From the NCBI GenBank assembly GCA_031414595.1, contig JANNVX010000007.1:1-40310 (forward strand): DNA of 40,310 bases. Direction: 5' to 3'. Shown here piece after piece: positions 28,331 to 36,828 of the stretch. The notes below the pieces were generated by a model. The model searched no databases and was not told the DNA's origin. It saw nothing but the letters and a program-made list of their open reading frames with translations. Source of the DNA: Deinococcales bacterium (GTDB lineage Bacteria; Deinococcota; Deinococci; Deinococcales; JAAFIG01). The stretch's first letter is position 1. Each line of letters starts with the position of its first letter. Position numbers and translations under genes: made by a program.

Positions 28331-29623
28331 CTATTCGTACCGTAAGGCATCCACGGGTTGAAGTTTGGCGGCTCTCGAGGCGGGGTAGTATCCGAAGAAA
28401 ATGCCGACGAAGGCACTAAAACCAAAGGCAAGCAGGACGCTCGAGAGTCCAATCACAGGGGTGATGTTCAGGGCGCTGCCAGCCAGCAACGCCAGCCCAA
28501 TACCAATGGCTGCGCCTAGTAAGCCTCCACCGACACTCAGGGCAATGCTTTCGACCAAAAACTGGGTCAGGATGTCTCGAGGGCGTGCGCCTAGGGCTTT
28601 TCGGATGCCGATTTCCCTTGTGCGTTCGGTCACACTCACCAACATGATGTTCATGATGCCGATTCCGCCGACCAGCAAACTAATTCCAGCCACTCCGCCT
28701 AAAAAAAGGGTCAGGATGGTGGTGACTTGGTTGAGGCTGGATAAGGCATCGGCTTGGTTTTGGACATTAAAATCGTAATCATCGGGGACTTCTTTTTTGT
28801 GCAGTTTTGCCATCGCATCTATTAAATCGGTTTGCAGTTGTTTTAAGTCGTTTTTGTCTTTTCCTTGAATATAGGCACTGGATACCGTATCGGCGGTGCT
28901 GCTTTGTCTGCCTAGGCGCTGCGAATAAGTCGAGAGCGGCACAATAATCTGGGTGTTCGGACTGGCAAACCCCGCGTCGCCTTTATCGGGCAGAATACCG
29001 ACGACATTAAAAGTAATCCCACTGAGCTTAAATTTACCGCCGACACTGAGCAGTAAATCGGTGGCAACTTGGTAGCCAATTACGGCAACACGTTTGCGTC
29101 CGTTATTGTCGGTTTCGCTAAAAAAAGCGCCTTTTTCTGGGATGGTATTGCGTACAAGCGCATAGTCTGACCATGAACCAATCACCGTGGCTTGGATATT
29201 ATTTGTACCCGCTTTGGCTTGAATGTTGCGTTGCACCGTCGGGGCAATACCACTGATTCGGCTCGAGAATTGTTCACGCAGGGCTTTGACATCATCTAAG
29301 GTAATGGTTTGTTGTCCGCCGCCACGCACCAGACCAAAGCCGCCACCTCGAGCGCCCGACCCACTGCTCACGGTTAGTAAATTTGTGCCAAGTCCCTCGA
29401 GTTGTTTTTGAATCCCACTGGTTGCCCCACTGCCAAGGCTGGTCAGGGCAATCACGGCTGCCACACCAATAATTACGCCCAAGGTGGTCAGGATGCTGCG
29501 AAGCGGATTCCCGATAATCGCTCGAGCCGCAATTTGTACGGTTTGCGATAATGGCATCCCACCGCCGCCACTCGAGACCAATTCGGTAATTCGGGGTGTT
29601 TCTTGCTCGAGAACCAGACTCAT
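28331..29623 (-). CDS. MacB/FtsX-family ABC permease
   Basis: RSILTTLGVIIGV, GGIGIMNIMLVSVTERTREIGIRKALGA, PVDALRYE. Confidence 0.95.
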   Translation of the reverse strand: MSLVLEQETPRITELVSSGGGGMPLSQTVQIAARAIIGNPLRSILTTLGVIIGVAAVIALTSLGSGATSGIQKQLEGLGTNLLTVSSGSGARGGGFGLVRGGGQQTITLDDVKALREQFSSRISGIAPTVQRNIQAKAGTNNIQATVIGSWSDYALVRNTIPEKGAFFSETDNNGRKRVAVIGYQVATDLLLSVGGKFKLSGITFNVVGILPDKGDAGFASPNTQIIVPLSTYSQRLGRQSSTADTVSSAYIQGKDKNDLKQLQTDLIDAMAKLHKKEVPDDYDFNVQNQADALSSLNQVTTILTLFLGGVAGISLLVGGIGIMNIMLVSVTERTREIGIRKALGARPRDILTQFLVESIALSVGGGLLGAAIGIGLALLAGSALNITPVIGLSSVLLAFGFSAFVGIFFGYYPASRAAKLQPVDALRYE

Positions 29624-30324
29624 GCTGCCTTCCTGATTTGCCGGTTAGGGCTGTCTGACTCGAGTAAGCCATCACGCAGACGCACAATACGCTGGCAGTG
29701 TTCGCCAATCTCGGGTTCGTGGGTCACAATAATCACGGTGCTGCCTTCATTGTGCAGGGCTTGGAATAGACTCATGATTTCGATGCTGGTTTTACTGTCC
29801 AAGTTACCTGTTGGTTCATCGGCTAATAAAATGGCTGGCTCGAGGGTCAGGGCGCGTGCCACGGCGACCCGTTGTTTTTGACCGCCAGAAATTTGACTGG
29901 GTAAGTTGCGCCATTTGTCGGCAATGCCAACCCGTTCAAGCGCCCACATTGCCCGTTCACGGCGTTCTTTGGCAGGGATTCCAGCGTAAATCATTGGGGT
30001 TTCGACATTCTCGAGGACATTTTGGCGGGTTAATAAGTAAAAGGCTTGGAAAACAAAACCAATATCTAGATTTCTCGCCCTCGAGCGTTCATTTTCGTTG
30101 AGGGTCGTGACATCACGTCCGCGCAATTGGTACGCGCCTTCGGACGGTGCATCGAGCAGTCCAATAATTTGCATGAGCGTGGTTTTGCCACTGCCCGAAG
30201 GTCCCATCAAAGCCACCATTTCGCCGCGCTGAACGGTCAAACTCACGCCTTTAAGGGCTTGGAATTCTTCATCGGCTAAGTAATAACTTTTGATAACGTT
30301 TTGTAACTCAAGGATGTTGTTCAT
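29620..30324 (-). CDS. ABC ATP-binding protein (MacB/LolD type)
   Basis: GPSGSGKTT, ISGGQKQRVAVARAL, LADEPTGNLD. Confidence 0.96.
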   Translation of the reverse strand: MNNILELQNVIKSYYLADEEFQALKGVSLTVQRGEMVALMGPSGSGKTTLMQIIGLLDAPSEGAYQLRGRDVTTLNENERSRARNLDIGFVFQAFYLLTRQNVLENVETPMIYAGIPAKERRERAMWALERVGIADKWRNLPSQISGGQKQRVAVARALTLEPAILLADEPTGNLDSKTSIEIMSLFQALHNEGSTVIIVTHEPEIGEHCQRIVRLRDGLLESDSPNRQIRKAA

Positions 30325-31625
30325 GGTCTTCCGCTCGGAGTTGTAGTTGTGCTTGTGGTGCGTTCTTTGGTGGTCAGAATCACACGGTCTCGAGCCGCAA
30401 GCCCAGAATCAATCACCACATTTGTGCCGTCTTCGGCGGCTATTGTCACTCGAGTCAGTTCTTCTGTGCCGTCGCGTTTTTGAATGTTCACATAAGTACG
30501 GTTTCGCACGGTCTGCACGGCGCGTTTTGGAATCACCACCACATTCTGGAATTCTTGGGCAATAATTTCGACTTCCGAAGTCATGCCGGGGCGCAGTTTT
30601 AATTCGGGGTTTTCTATTGTTACAGTCGCATAAAACACGGCTATGTTTTGCTGCACCACTGCTTTTGGGCTTACAGCAGTGACTTTGCCCGTAAAAGTTT
30701 CGTCAGGTAGCGCATCTAAGGTTACTTCGGCAGTTTGACCGACTTTAACCTTGGCAATTTCGGTTTCATCTACCTGCACAGGGATTTTGACCCTCGAATC
30801 CTCAATGAGCGTTAAAATACTCGAGCCGCCAACACTGCCCCCAATCTGCCCCGTGACACTCGAGACAATCCCATTAAAAGGCGCATAGATTTTGCTGTTG
30901 GCAAGGTCGGTTTGGCTTGTCTGTACACTGATTTCGGCTTGGCGAATGGCAAGTTCTTGGTTGCGTAAGTCTTGGGTGTCGGTTGAAGATTTGATGTTTT
31001 GGGTGCTTTGGGTGGTCTGAAGACTTAAGCGGGTAGTGGACAGGCTGTTTTGGGCTTTTTCTAGGTTGCGTCTGGTTTCATCAAGTTGGTTTTGGCTTGC
31101 TCCACCCGCCTTATACAAACGCTGCATATTGTTGTAATTGCTTTGCGCCGTGGATAAATCAAGTTTGGCATTGCTCATTTGACTCTGGGCATTTTGCAGA
31201 CTTTGGGTTTGGCTGCTGCGGTTACTCGCTTGGTTTAACTTGGTGCTTTCCAAAGAAATTCTGGCTTTTTCGAGTTGCAGCTTGGCATTCTCGAGGTTGC
31301 GGTTAAAGGTCGTTGTGTCAAGCCGAGCAATTAACTCTCCTTTATTCACTCGAGCGCCTTCTTTGACAATCATGGCGAGTGTTCCACTGACACTGGGTTT
31401 GATGTCCATGCTGCTGACTGCCTCGAGCGAACCTGGTCCTGTCACCGAAACCCGAAAAGTGGTTAAGTCGGCTGTAGCTGTCTCGACTTTAACCAAAGTG
31501 GTCGGGTCAGCCCCAGCGCCGGGCGGTTTAACAATTCCTGTGGCAAGTAATCCGCCGCCAATTGCGGGCAGTAGCAGTAATGCCCACCACCATCTCGAGG
31601 TTTTGCGTTTCTTGGCTTTGTTCAT
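30321..31625 (-). CDS. Periplasmic adaptor (membrane fusion protein, MacA-like)
   Basis: N-terminal TM, VKEG..V.KG, long coiled coil, IYAPFNG, LRPGMT. Confidence 0.93.
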   Translation of the reverse strand: MNKAKKRKTSRWWWALLLLPAIGGGLLATGIVKPPGAGADPTTLVKVETATADLTTFRVSVTGPGSLEAVSSMDIKPSVSGTLAMIVKEGARVNKGELIARLDTTTFNRNLENAKLQLEKARISLESTKLNQASNRSSQTQSLQNAQSQMSNAKLDLSTAQSNYNNMQRLYKAGGASQNQLDETRRNLEKAQNSLSTTRLSLQTTQSTQNIKSSTDTQDLRNQELAIRQAEISVQTSQTDLANSKIYAPFNGIVSSVTGQIGGSVGGSSILTLIEDSRVKIPVQVDETEIAKVKVGQTAEVTLDALPDETFTGKVTAVSPKAVVQQNIAVFYATVTIENPELKLRPGMTSEVEIIAQEFQNVVVIPKRAVQTVRNRTYVNIQKRDGTEELTRVTIAAEDGTNVVIDSGLAARDRVILTTKERTTSTTTTPSGRP

Positions 31626-32671
31626 TTGTCACCTCCTCCGAGTTTTACCACCAAGCCAATCACGTCCACACCACTGGCAGTCGAAACAGTTGCCAAATTA
31701 CGCCAGTACGCATCCACAGCTTGGGTTTGGCTGTACGCGGCTCTGGTGTATGCCAATTCGGTTTGTTGCAAAGTAATTCTCGAGATACTGCCGCCCTTAA
31801 ACCGCGCTTGGTCTTGGTCTAAATTCGATTTGGCATTGTCTAAATCTTTGGCACTGATTCCCACACGTTCACGGGCATTGCTGGCATTGCGAATCGCATC
31901 ACGCAGGGTATTGACCGCATTGGCTTTACTGGTTTCTAAGCTGCGCTTGCTGTTCTCGAGCGTGGCTTGGTTGTCTCGTAGGGTATTTAGGGGTGTGAAA
32001 TCATTATCGGAAAGTTTGACATTTAACTCTGCCAAACTGACATTCTGTGCGGCTTGTAAGACACTCCCAATGCGACTCTCTAAACCCGCCTCAAGGGCTG
32101 CTGCATCGAGTTTGACATCCAGTTTTGCTAAATTATCCGAAGCCGCTAAATCGCCTTTAGCCCCAGTCACCAACTCGAGACGGTTACTTAACACCGGAAT
32201 CTGTGCTTTGGCATCGGCAAGGCTTTGTTTACTCGAGGAGACAGTGCTTTCGGCTTTAGAAACATCAAGCGCCGTACCATTGCGAGCCGCTAGTTTTGCT
32301 TTGGCAATTTCTAAATTCCGAAGGTCTAAACTGGTCTGTGCCTCGAGAACCGCTAGATTTTCCTGTGCCTCAAACAAATTGATATAGGCAGTTAGCACAC
32401 TCGAGAACACCGAAAGTTTTTGCGCTTCAAGCTGCACTGCGTTTAACGCCACGGTATTTTTAGCCTGACTGAGCGGCACAATTAAAGTGGTTGGGTCGGC
32501 TTCCTTGACTGCTAAATCGGCTCGAGCATTGGCTAAGGTTGCACGGCTGGTCACAAGGTCAGTGTTTCGCTCGAGGGCTAATTTTGTTGCTCCCTCGAGA
32601 TTGAGGGCAGTGGCGGCGGCAAGGGCGATTGAGATAAACGCAAAACCAATAAAAATCATTTTTTTCATCAT
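31622..32671 (-). CDS. TolC-family outer-membrane efflux protein
   Basis: Signal peptide, two helical OEP-like repeats, position in the efflux operon. Confidence 0.85.
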   Translation of the reverse strand: MMKKMIFIGFAFISIALAAATALNLEGATKLALERNTDLVTSRATLANARADLAVKEADPTTLIVPLSQAKNTVALNAVQLEAQKLSVFSSVLTAYINLFEAQENLAVLEAQTSLDLRNLEIAKAKLAARNGTALDVSKAESTVSSSKQSLADAKAQIPVLSNRLELVTGAKGDLAASDNLAKLDVKLDAAALEAGLESRIGSVLQAAQNVSLAELNVKLSDNDFTPLNTLRDNQATLENSKRSLETSKANAVNTLRDAIRNASNARERVGISAKDLDNAKSNLDQDQARFKGGSISRITLQQTELAYTRAAYSQTQAVDAYWRNLATVSTASGVDVIGLVVKLGGGDK

Positions 32672-32720
32672 GAACTCCTAAGTAGGCAAAAGTGAAAGTG
32701 GGGAAGTGCGTAAGACTTGA

Positions 32721-34025
32721 TTATTTGGTCAACCCCTTACCAAGCGAATTCTCGAGCCTAAGCCATGCCACGTAAGCGGTTACAATCGTATTTTCTAGGT
32801 CGCGTTCGGCTTGCTGCATGGCTAAACGGCTGGTCTCGAGGTCGTTTTTGGTTTGGCTACCTGCGTTGACTCTGGTTTGGGTTGTGCTAAAAGCATTCTT
32901 GGCGTTCTCGAGGGCTTTTTTACTTAATTCAATGCGTCGTATGGCATTTTGGGTTTCAGAGTATTTTTGGCGTACATCCAACTCAGCACTTTTCTTGCTG
33001 CGTTCAAGGTTTTGTTTGGCACTGTTGAGGGCGGTTTGGGCGCTGGTGATTCGTGCATCGCCCGTTGGGGCGATAACGGGTAAGCTGATGCTGGCGCTGA
33101 TGCTGATGGTTGTGCCTGTGCTTGGTGTGGTTGGCGGTTGGTATGAACCACCGATACTTAAACTGCCTGTTTGTAAATTAAGCGAGGTGTTCAGGTTTGC
33201 ACCACTGTCAGACACCCCAAGGTTAATACTGCTGGCGGGTAGCCATCGGTCACGCTGGGCGATGGTTAAATTATCTTCGGCATCTCGTAGGGCATAAATG
33301 GCTTTTTGGGTGTCAGTGCGGTCGATTAAGGCGGTTTTTAAGAGGTTCTCGAGCGGTAAAAGTGCGGCGGGGGTGGGTGGGCTACTTATGGCAAGGCTTA
33401 GTTCGATTTGGTCAAGGGTATTGGCGAGGGTTTGTTGGTTTAACTCGAGGGTATTTTCGGCTTGGTTGGCACTTATTTTGGCGCTTTCTAAGTTTTGTTG
33501 GCTGGTGGCGAATTGCTCGAGCGTGATTTGATTATTGCTGCGCTGGGTCAAAGCGGTTTTTAATTGGTTTTCACGCAAAATAAGGGTGTTACTGGCAAGT
33601 TCTAAATCCAATGCGGCAACCCGAAGATTAAAGTATTGGGTGTTGACACCAATAAAAAGTGTGTTTCTTGAGTCGCGTACATCGAGTTTAGCCCGTGCAA
33701 AAGTGCGTTCGGCTTTGCGAATATCATCAAATTGACTCGCCCACGGCAGAAGCGGCAAACTGGCAGTGGCATTGACTTTGTAGGTTGCATTGTTGACCCC
33801 TGTACCCGTATTGGTGTTGTTGCTGACATCTGCGCCAACTACTAAACGCAAACCAGCCGCCGCTAAACTACTCTCAAAATTATGTTGTGCAACCAAAAAG
33901 GTTTGGTCTATGACTTGCCATTCAAGACTCTGCGGTAAGCGTTTAAGCACCTGCTCGAGGGTTTGGTTTGTAGCTGCCAATGCCACACCAAAAAATAGGA
34001 TAAGAATGAATAGGGTTTTTTGCAT
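32721..34025 (-). CDS. TolC-family outer-membrane efflux protein
   Basis: AGGAG RBS, signal peptide, OEP repeats with beta-strand segments. Confidence 0.87.
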   Translation of the reverse strand: MQKTLFILILFFGVALAATNQTLEQVLKRLPQSLEWQVIDQTFLVAQHNFESSLAAAGLRLVVGADVSNNTNTGTGVNNATYKVNATASLPLLPWASQFDDIRKAERTFARAKLDVRDSRNTLFIGVNTQYFNLRVAALDLELASNTLILRENQLKTALTQRSNNQITLEQFATSQQNLESAKISANQAENTLELNQQTLANTLDQIELSLAISSPPTPAALLPLENLLKTALIDRTDTQKAIYALRDAEDNLTIAQRDRWLPASSINLGVSDSGANLNTSLNLQTGSLSIGGSYQPPTTPSTGTTISISASISLPVIAPTGDARITSAQTALNSAKQNLERSKKSAELDVRQKYSETQNAIRRIELSKKALENAKNAFSTTQTRVNAGSQTKNDLETSRLAMQQAERDLENTIVTAYVAWLRLENSLGKGLTK

Positions 34026-34058
34026 GGGTTCTCCTAACGAACAGTTTTTTATCTCGAG

Positions 34059-34096
34059 CCGAAGGTTCTAAGAACTCAGCGTGAAGGTATTGTGAA
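34059..34096 (-). promoter_or_regulatory. Phased TTCAC repeats (11-bp period), candidate OmpR-family binding site for the efflux operon
   Basis: Minus-strand TTCAC starting at 34096 and 34085, then TTCTT and TTCGG at the same period. Confidence 0.5.
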
Positions 34097-34133
34097 TGTT
34101 GTTTTTATGATGGTTTTCATCTATGCTTTTTAG

Positions 34134-34358
34134 ATGAATGCTGTCCTTGAACAAACTGTACGGGATTTGCCACTCGAGGAACAATTTGAGTTACTTGACG
34201 TGCTTCATGACCAAGTTGCCCAAGCCCTGAATTTACGCCTGCCCCTGCCAGAAGATGTTGAACTCGAGTTAGACCAACGAATTGCACGAATGCGCTCTGA
34301 GCCTCATGTTGGAATTCCTTGGCGAGAAGTTCCGAATTTGCAAAACCGCCTCTCATAA
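34134..34358 (+). CDS. Putative addiction-module antitoxin component, orphan
   Basis: LPLEEQFELLD.L...ELDQRIA...GIPWREV pattern; TATGCT-N6-ATG. Confidence 0.75.
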   Translation: MNAVLEQTVRDLPLEEQFELLDVLHDQVAQALNLRLPLPEDVELELDQRIARMRSEPHVGIPWREVPNLQNRLS

Positions 34359-34359
34359 C

Positions 34360-34394
34360 AAAAACCGCAACTTGAGAGACTTTCCCAAGTTGCG
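34360..34394 (-). terminator. Rho-independent terminator closing the peptide/ABC operon
   Basis: Minus strand CGCAACTTGGGA-AAGTC-TCTCAAGTTGCG followed by GTTTTT. Confidence 0.75.
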
Positions 34395-34414
34395 AATGAT
34401 TTTTCACCATGAAT

Positions 34415-35173
34415 CTATTCGTGACCAAGAATACCTTTCTGCTTTGCGATTTGCAAAGATTTTTGTAGCAAAAAAGTACCAGAGATAAAATAACCCAAAG
34501 CACTCATCAAAGCGGGGAGTAAATACTCGAAGTCTGGTTTACCACCAAAAGCAGCCCAATTAACTAAACTTGTAGCTGAAGCAATTGGAATTAAGTAGAA
34601 CCAAAGGTCTTTGATCAAGGGTAATGCAACCAACCCGAATAAAAATAGTTGGGAAAGAACTAAGACTCCACTATTATCTTTAATAAGCATTGCAACACTA
34701 CCAAACCAGAACCCAAATCCAAGCGCACTTATCATAGCGATTAACATTGGAATAACCATATACCAAGACCATTCCAATGTTGTTCCTGTCAACAAGAGCA
34801 AACCCCCAAGTAAAACGCCCATCTGTAGAATGTTGAGGAATAAACCTCCAAGCGCACGGGCTGTAAATATAGTAGCTAAGCTATGACCACTTAAAAACAG
34901 ATGTTCCAGCATACCGTTCTTTGATTCAGTACGAATTAAGCTACTGGGAAGAGAAACCTGAGAAAAGACAATCATGCCAAGCGTATAATTAAGGATTAGA
35001 CTTGCAGTGCTTGCCGTTGTAGGAGCATTACTCGATAATAAACGACCAGCACCTAAAATTAAATAAAAAATGACACCCAAAACAATTAAACCTGTAACTG
35101 TTTGGAATGGATTTCGTTTTAATTCCCAAATACTACGAATAAATTCTATCCTGAACAGCAGTAATGTATTCAT
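34415..35173 (-). CDS. ABC-2-type exporter permease
   Basis: About 6 TM segments, E..NGMLEHL motif, ATGA overlap with the ATPase gene. Confidence 0.87.
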   Translation of the reverse strand: MNTLLLFRIEFIRSIWELKRNPFQTVTGLIVLGVIFYLILGAGRLLSSNAPTTASTASLILNYTLGMIVFSQVSLPSSLIRTESKNGMLEHLFLSGHSLATIFTARALGGLFLNILQMGVLLGGLLLLTGTTLEWSWYMVIPMLIAMISALGFGFWFGSVAMLIKDNSGVLVLSQLFLFGLVALPLIKDLWFYLIPIASATSLVNWAAFGGKPDFEYLLPALMSALGYFISGTFLLQKSLQIAKQKGILGHE

Positions 35174-36078
35174 GCTTTAACCTCTGCATCTTTGATGGCT
35201 TTACGAAAAATTGTACCCAAATCAACCTCAAGTTTCTCTATATTTATGATAGCTCGTGGATGAAGTGCATCTAATATCGTATACAGTCCATGAGGGTCTG
35301 GAAGTGTAATAGTCATTTGATTGCCAGTTATTGTACTTGGAAAATGAGTTGAAAAATTTTCAAGGGAGTTTTCAAAAGTTAAACGATATGTTTGAACTCC
35401 GAATTGCGAAATCAATTCAGCCCGTGGCTTATCCAAAAGTACCTGACCACCAACTAAAATGACTACACGGTCAGCTAAGCGGTCAGCTACTTCCATTTGG
35501 TGGGTTGTCAATAGAACTGCGACCCCAGAAAGTGCCATCTCTTTTATGCGTTCTTCGAGTGCGTCACCTGCTTCTAAATCAAGCCCAAGTGTTGGTTCGT
35601 CAAGCAACATACAACGTGGTTGGTGTATCAAAGCATTTGCCAGAGCTAGTTTTGAAAGCATACCCTTAGAAAGTGTTTGTGTTGGCGCATCCCGTTTATC
35701 TACCAGTCCAAGTTCATCTGTTAACCGCAATGCTCTAATTTTTGCTTCTTTTGGGCTAAGCCCTCGCAGTGCGGCTGTGTACTCAAGATTTTCCATAACG
35801 CCAAGCCGAGCGCTACTTGAACGTGCAGTATCAAGTAATACGCCTAGACGAGCATTATATCCTTTTGTGTCAGGTGCATACCCCTCGAGCCTAACAGTTC
35901 CACTATCAGGAACTATTAAACCCGCAATCATTCTCATGGTTGTGGTTTTGCCAGCGCCGTTTGCTCCCAATAAAGCAACTACCTCGCCAGACTTAACAAC
36001 AAAGCTAACACCATCTAATGCACTAACTTTGCGTTTGTGTGCGCGAAATGTTTTCCGTAAATCAGCAACTTCTAGCAT
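35170..36078 (-). CDS. ABC-2-type exporter ATP-binding protein
   Basis: GANGAGKTT, LSKGM, LLDEPTLGLD, TTH. Confidence 0.95.
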   Translation of the reverse strand: MLEVADLRKTFRAHKRKVSALDGVSFVVKSGEVVALLGANGAGKTTTMRMIAGLIVPDSGTVRLEGYAPDTKGYNARLGVLLDTARSSSARLGVMENLEYTAALRGLSPKEAKIRALRLTDELGLVDKRDAPTQTLSKGMLSKLALANALIHQPRCMLLDEPTLGLDLEAGDALEERIKEMALSGVAVLLTTHQMEVADRLADRVVILVGGQVLLDKPRAELISQFGVQTYRLTFENSLENFSTHFPSTITGNQMTITLPDPHGLYTILDALHPRAIINIEKLEVDLGTIFRKAIKDAEVKA

Positions 36079-36162
36079 CTTTTACCTCATAGTTTTCAAT
36101 CTAAACGAGAATACGCTTACATTTTTAGTCTTTATTTTATCTCCATACTTTCGTATTTTTTA

Positions 36163-36194
36163 CTCACTGGTCTTAGCTTATTAAGACCAGTGAG
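36163..36194. promoter_or_regulatory. 13-bp-stem hairpin between the peptide genes and the exporter (mRNA stabiliser or partial attenuator)
   Basis: CTCACTGGTCTTA-N6-TAAGACCAGTGAG; no U-tract on the minus strand. Confidence 0.7.
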
Positions 36195-36262
36195 CTATTG
36201 ATTGAGCTTGAATGAGAAGGAAGTGAAGACTTTTTATTCCCAATAACTACTAGGGTAAGAGT

Positions 36263-36316
36263 CTAACACATTCCAAAAACGTGGCATAAAATTGCCCCAA
36301 TAAAATTCGCATACAT
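36263..36316 (-). CDS. Small peptide 4, MYANFIGAILCHVFGMC (17 aa, C-x5-C)
   Basis: AAGGTGG RBS before ATG; TAG stop; motif shared with three neighbours. Confidence 0.75.
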   Translation of the reverse strand: MYANFIGAILCHVFGMC

Positions 36317-36375
36317 AATTGCCACCTTGAATCCTTAAATTTATAAAACAAACCCAGAGATATGCGAACATACAT

Positions 36376-36438
36376 TTAGCAATAAATTCCTGACCAACAT
36401 AGTGCGTACATAATAGCGTTTACAATAGCTTGTCCCAT
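36376..36438 (-). CDS. Small peptide 3, MGQAIVNAIMYALCWSGIYC (20 aa, C-x5-C)
   Basis: AGGAAGGTGA RBS before ATG; TAA stop; shares AIV with peptide 2 and YALC with peptide 1. Confidence 0.8.
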   Translation of the reverse strand: MGQAIVNAIMYALCWSGIYC

Positions 36439-36499
36439 ATAATCACCTTCCTTTTGCATTGAGAAAACCAAAACTAATTCTCATCCTCACATATCATAT

Positions 36500-36565
36500 T
36501 TAGCTGTCACAGCCGCCAAATACGATACAGATAATTTGTACAATAGCAGATATAAATCGTTGCAT
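36500..36565 (-). CDS. Small peptide 2, MQRFISAIVQIICIVFGGCDS (21 aa, C-x5-C)
   Basis: AAGGAGGTGA RBS before ATG; TAA stop; shares VFG with peptide 4. Confidence 0.82.
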   Translation of the reverse strand: MQRFISAIVQIICIVFGGCDS

Positions 36566-36599
36566 AAGATTTCACCTCCTTCTAAATCTTTTGAAACCG

Positions 36600-36653
36600 T
36601 TAAAAGCAATATCCCAAGTAGTTACACAAAGCGTAATAAAACCAACCAGTCAT
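36600..36653 (-). CDS. Small peptide 1, MTGWFYYALCNYLGYCF (17 aa, C-x5-C)
   Basis: GGGGAGG RBS before ATG; TAA stop. Confidence 0.8.
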   Translation of the reverse strand: MTGWFYYALCNYLGYCF

Positions 36654-36767
36654 ATTTTTCCTCCCCTCAAAGTCCGCGTGTCAATTTTTCTTCGTTGTGG
36701 GTTATCAGTTTATACAAATGAAGTGCTTAGCCAATTAGTCATAAAGCTCAACCAAGAAAAACTCAAT

Positions 36768-36805
36768 TTCACTTAATCTTCACAGTTTCCTCGAGCCACC
36801 TTCAT
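36768..36805 (+). promoter_or_regulatory. Phased TTCAC-like repeats (11-bp period) upstream of the response regulator
   Basis: TTCAC 36768, TTCAC 36779, CTCGA 36790, TTCAT 36801, then CATAAT-N6-ATG. Confidence 0.5.
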
Positions 36806-36828
36806 TTGTTGGCTGTCATAATGGTCTT

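Noticed and set aside
31626-32387. 253-aa plus-strand ORF
   Set aside because: Antisense shadow of the TolC-family gene
35459-36184. 241-aa plus-strand ORF
   Set aside because: Antisense shadow of the ABC ATPase
36250-36375. 41-aa minus-strand ORF MYVRISLGLFYKFK... overlapping peptide 4
   Set aside because: No SD site, lacks the C-x5-C motif and overlaps an RBS-led ORF that fits the family; coupling to the peptide 3 stop cannot be fully excluded
34415-36653. Interpretation as a lanthipeptide, sactipeptide or AgrD-type RiPP cluster
   Set aside because: No LanB/C/M, radical SAM, YcaO, AgrB or peptidase gene in or near the cassette, and the peptides are too short to carry a leader; trans-acting enzymes elsewhere cannot be excluded
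36536-36776. Two 61-aa plus-strand ORFs from the track
   Set aside because: TTG starts without RBS, no recognisable features, antisense to the better supported peptide genes
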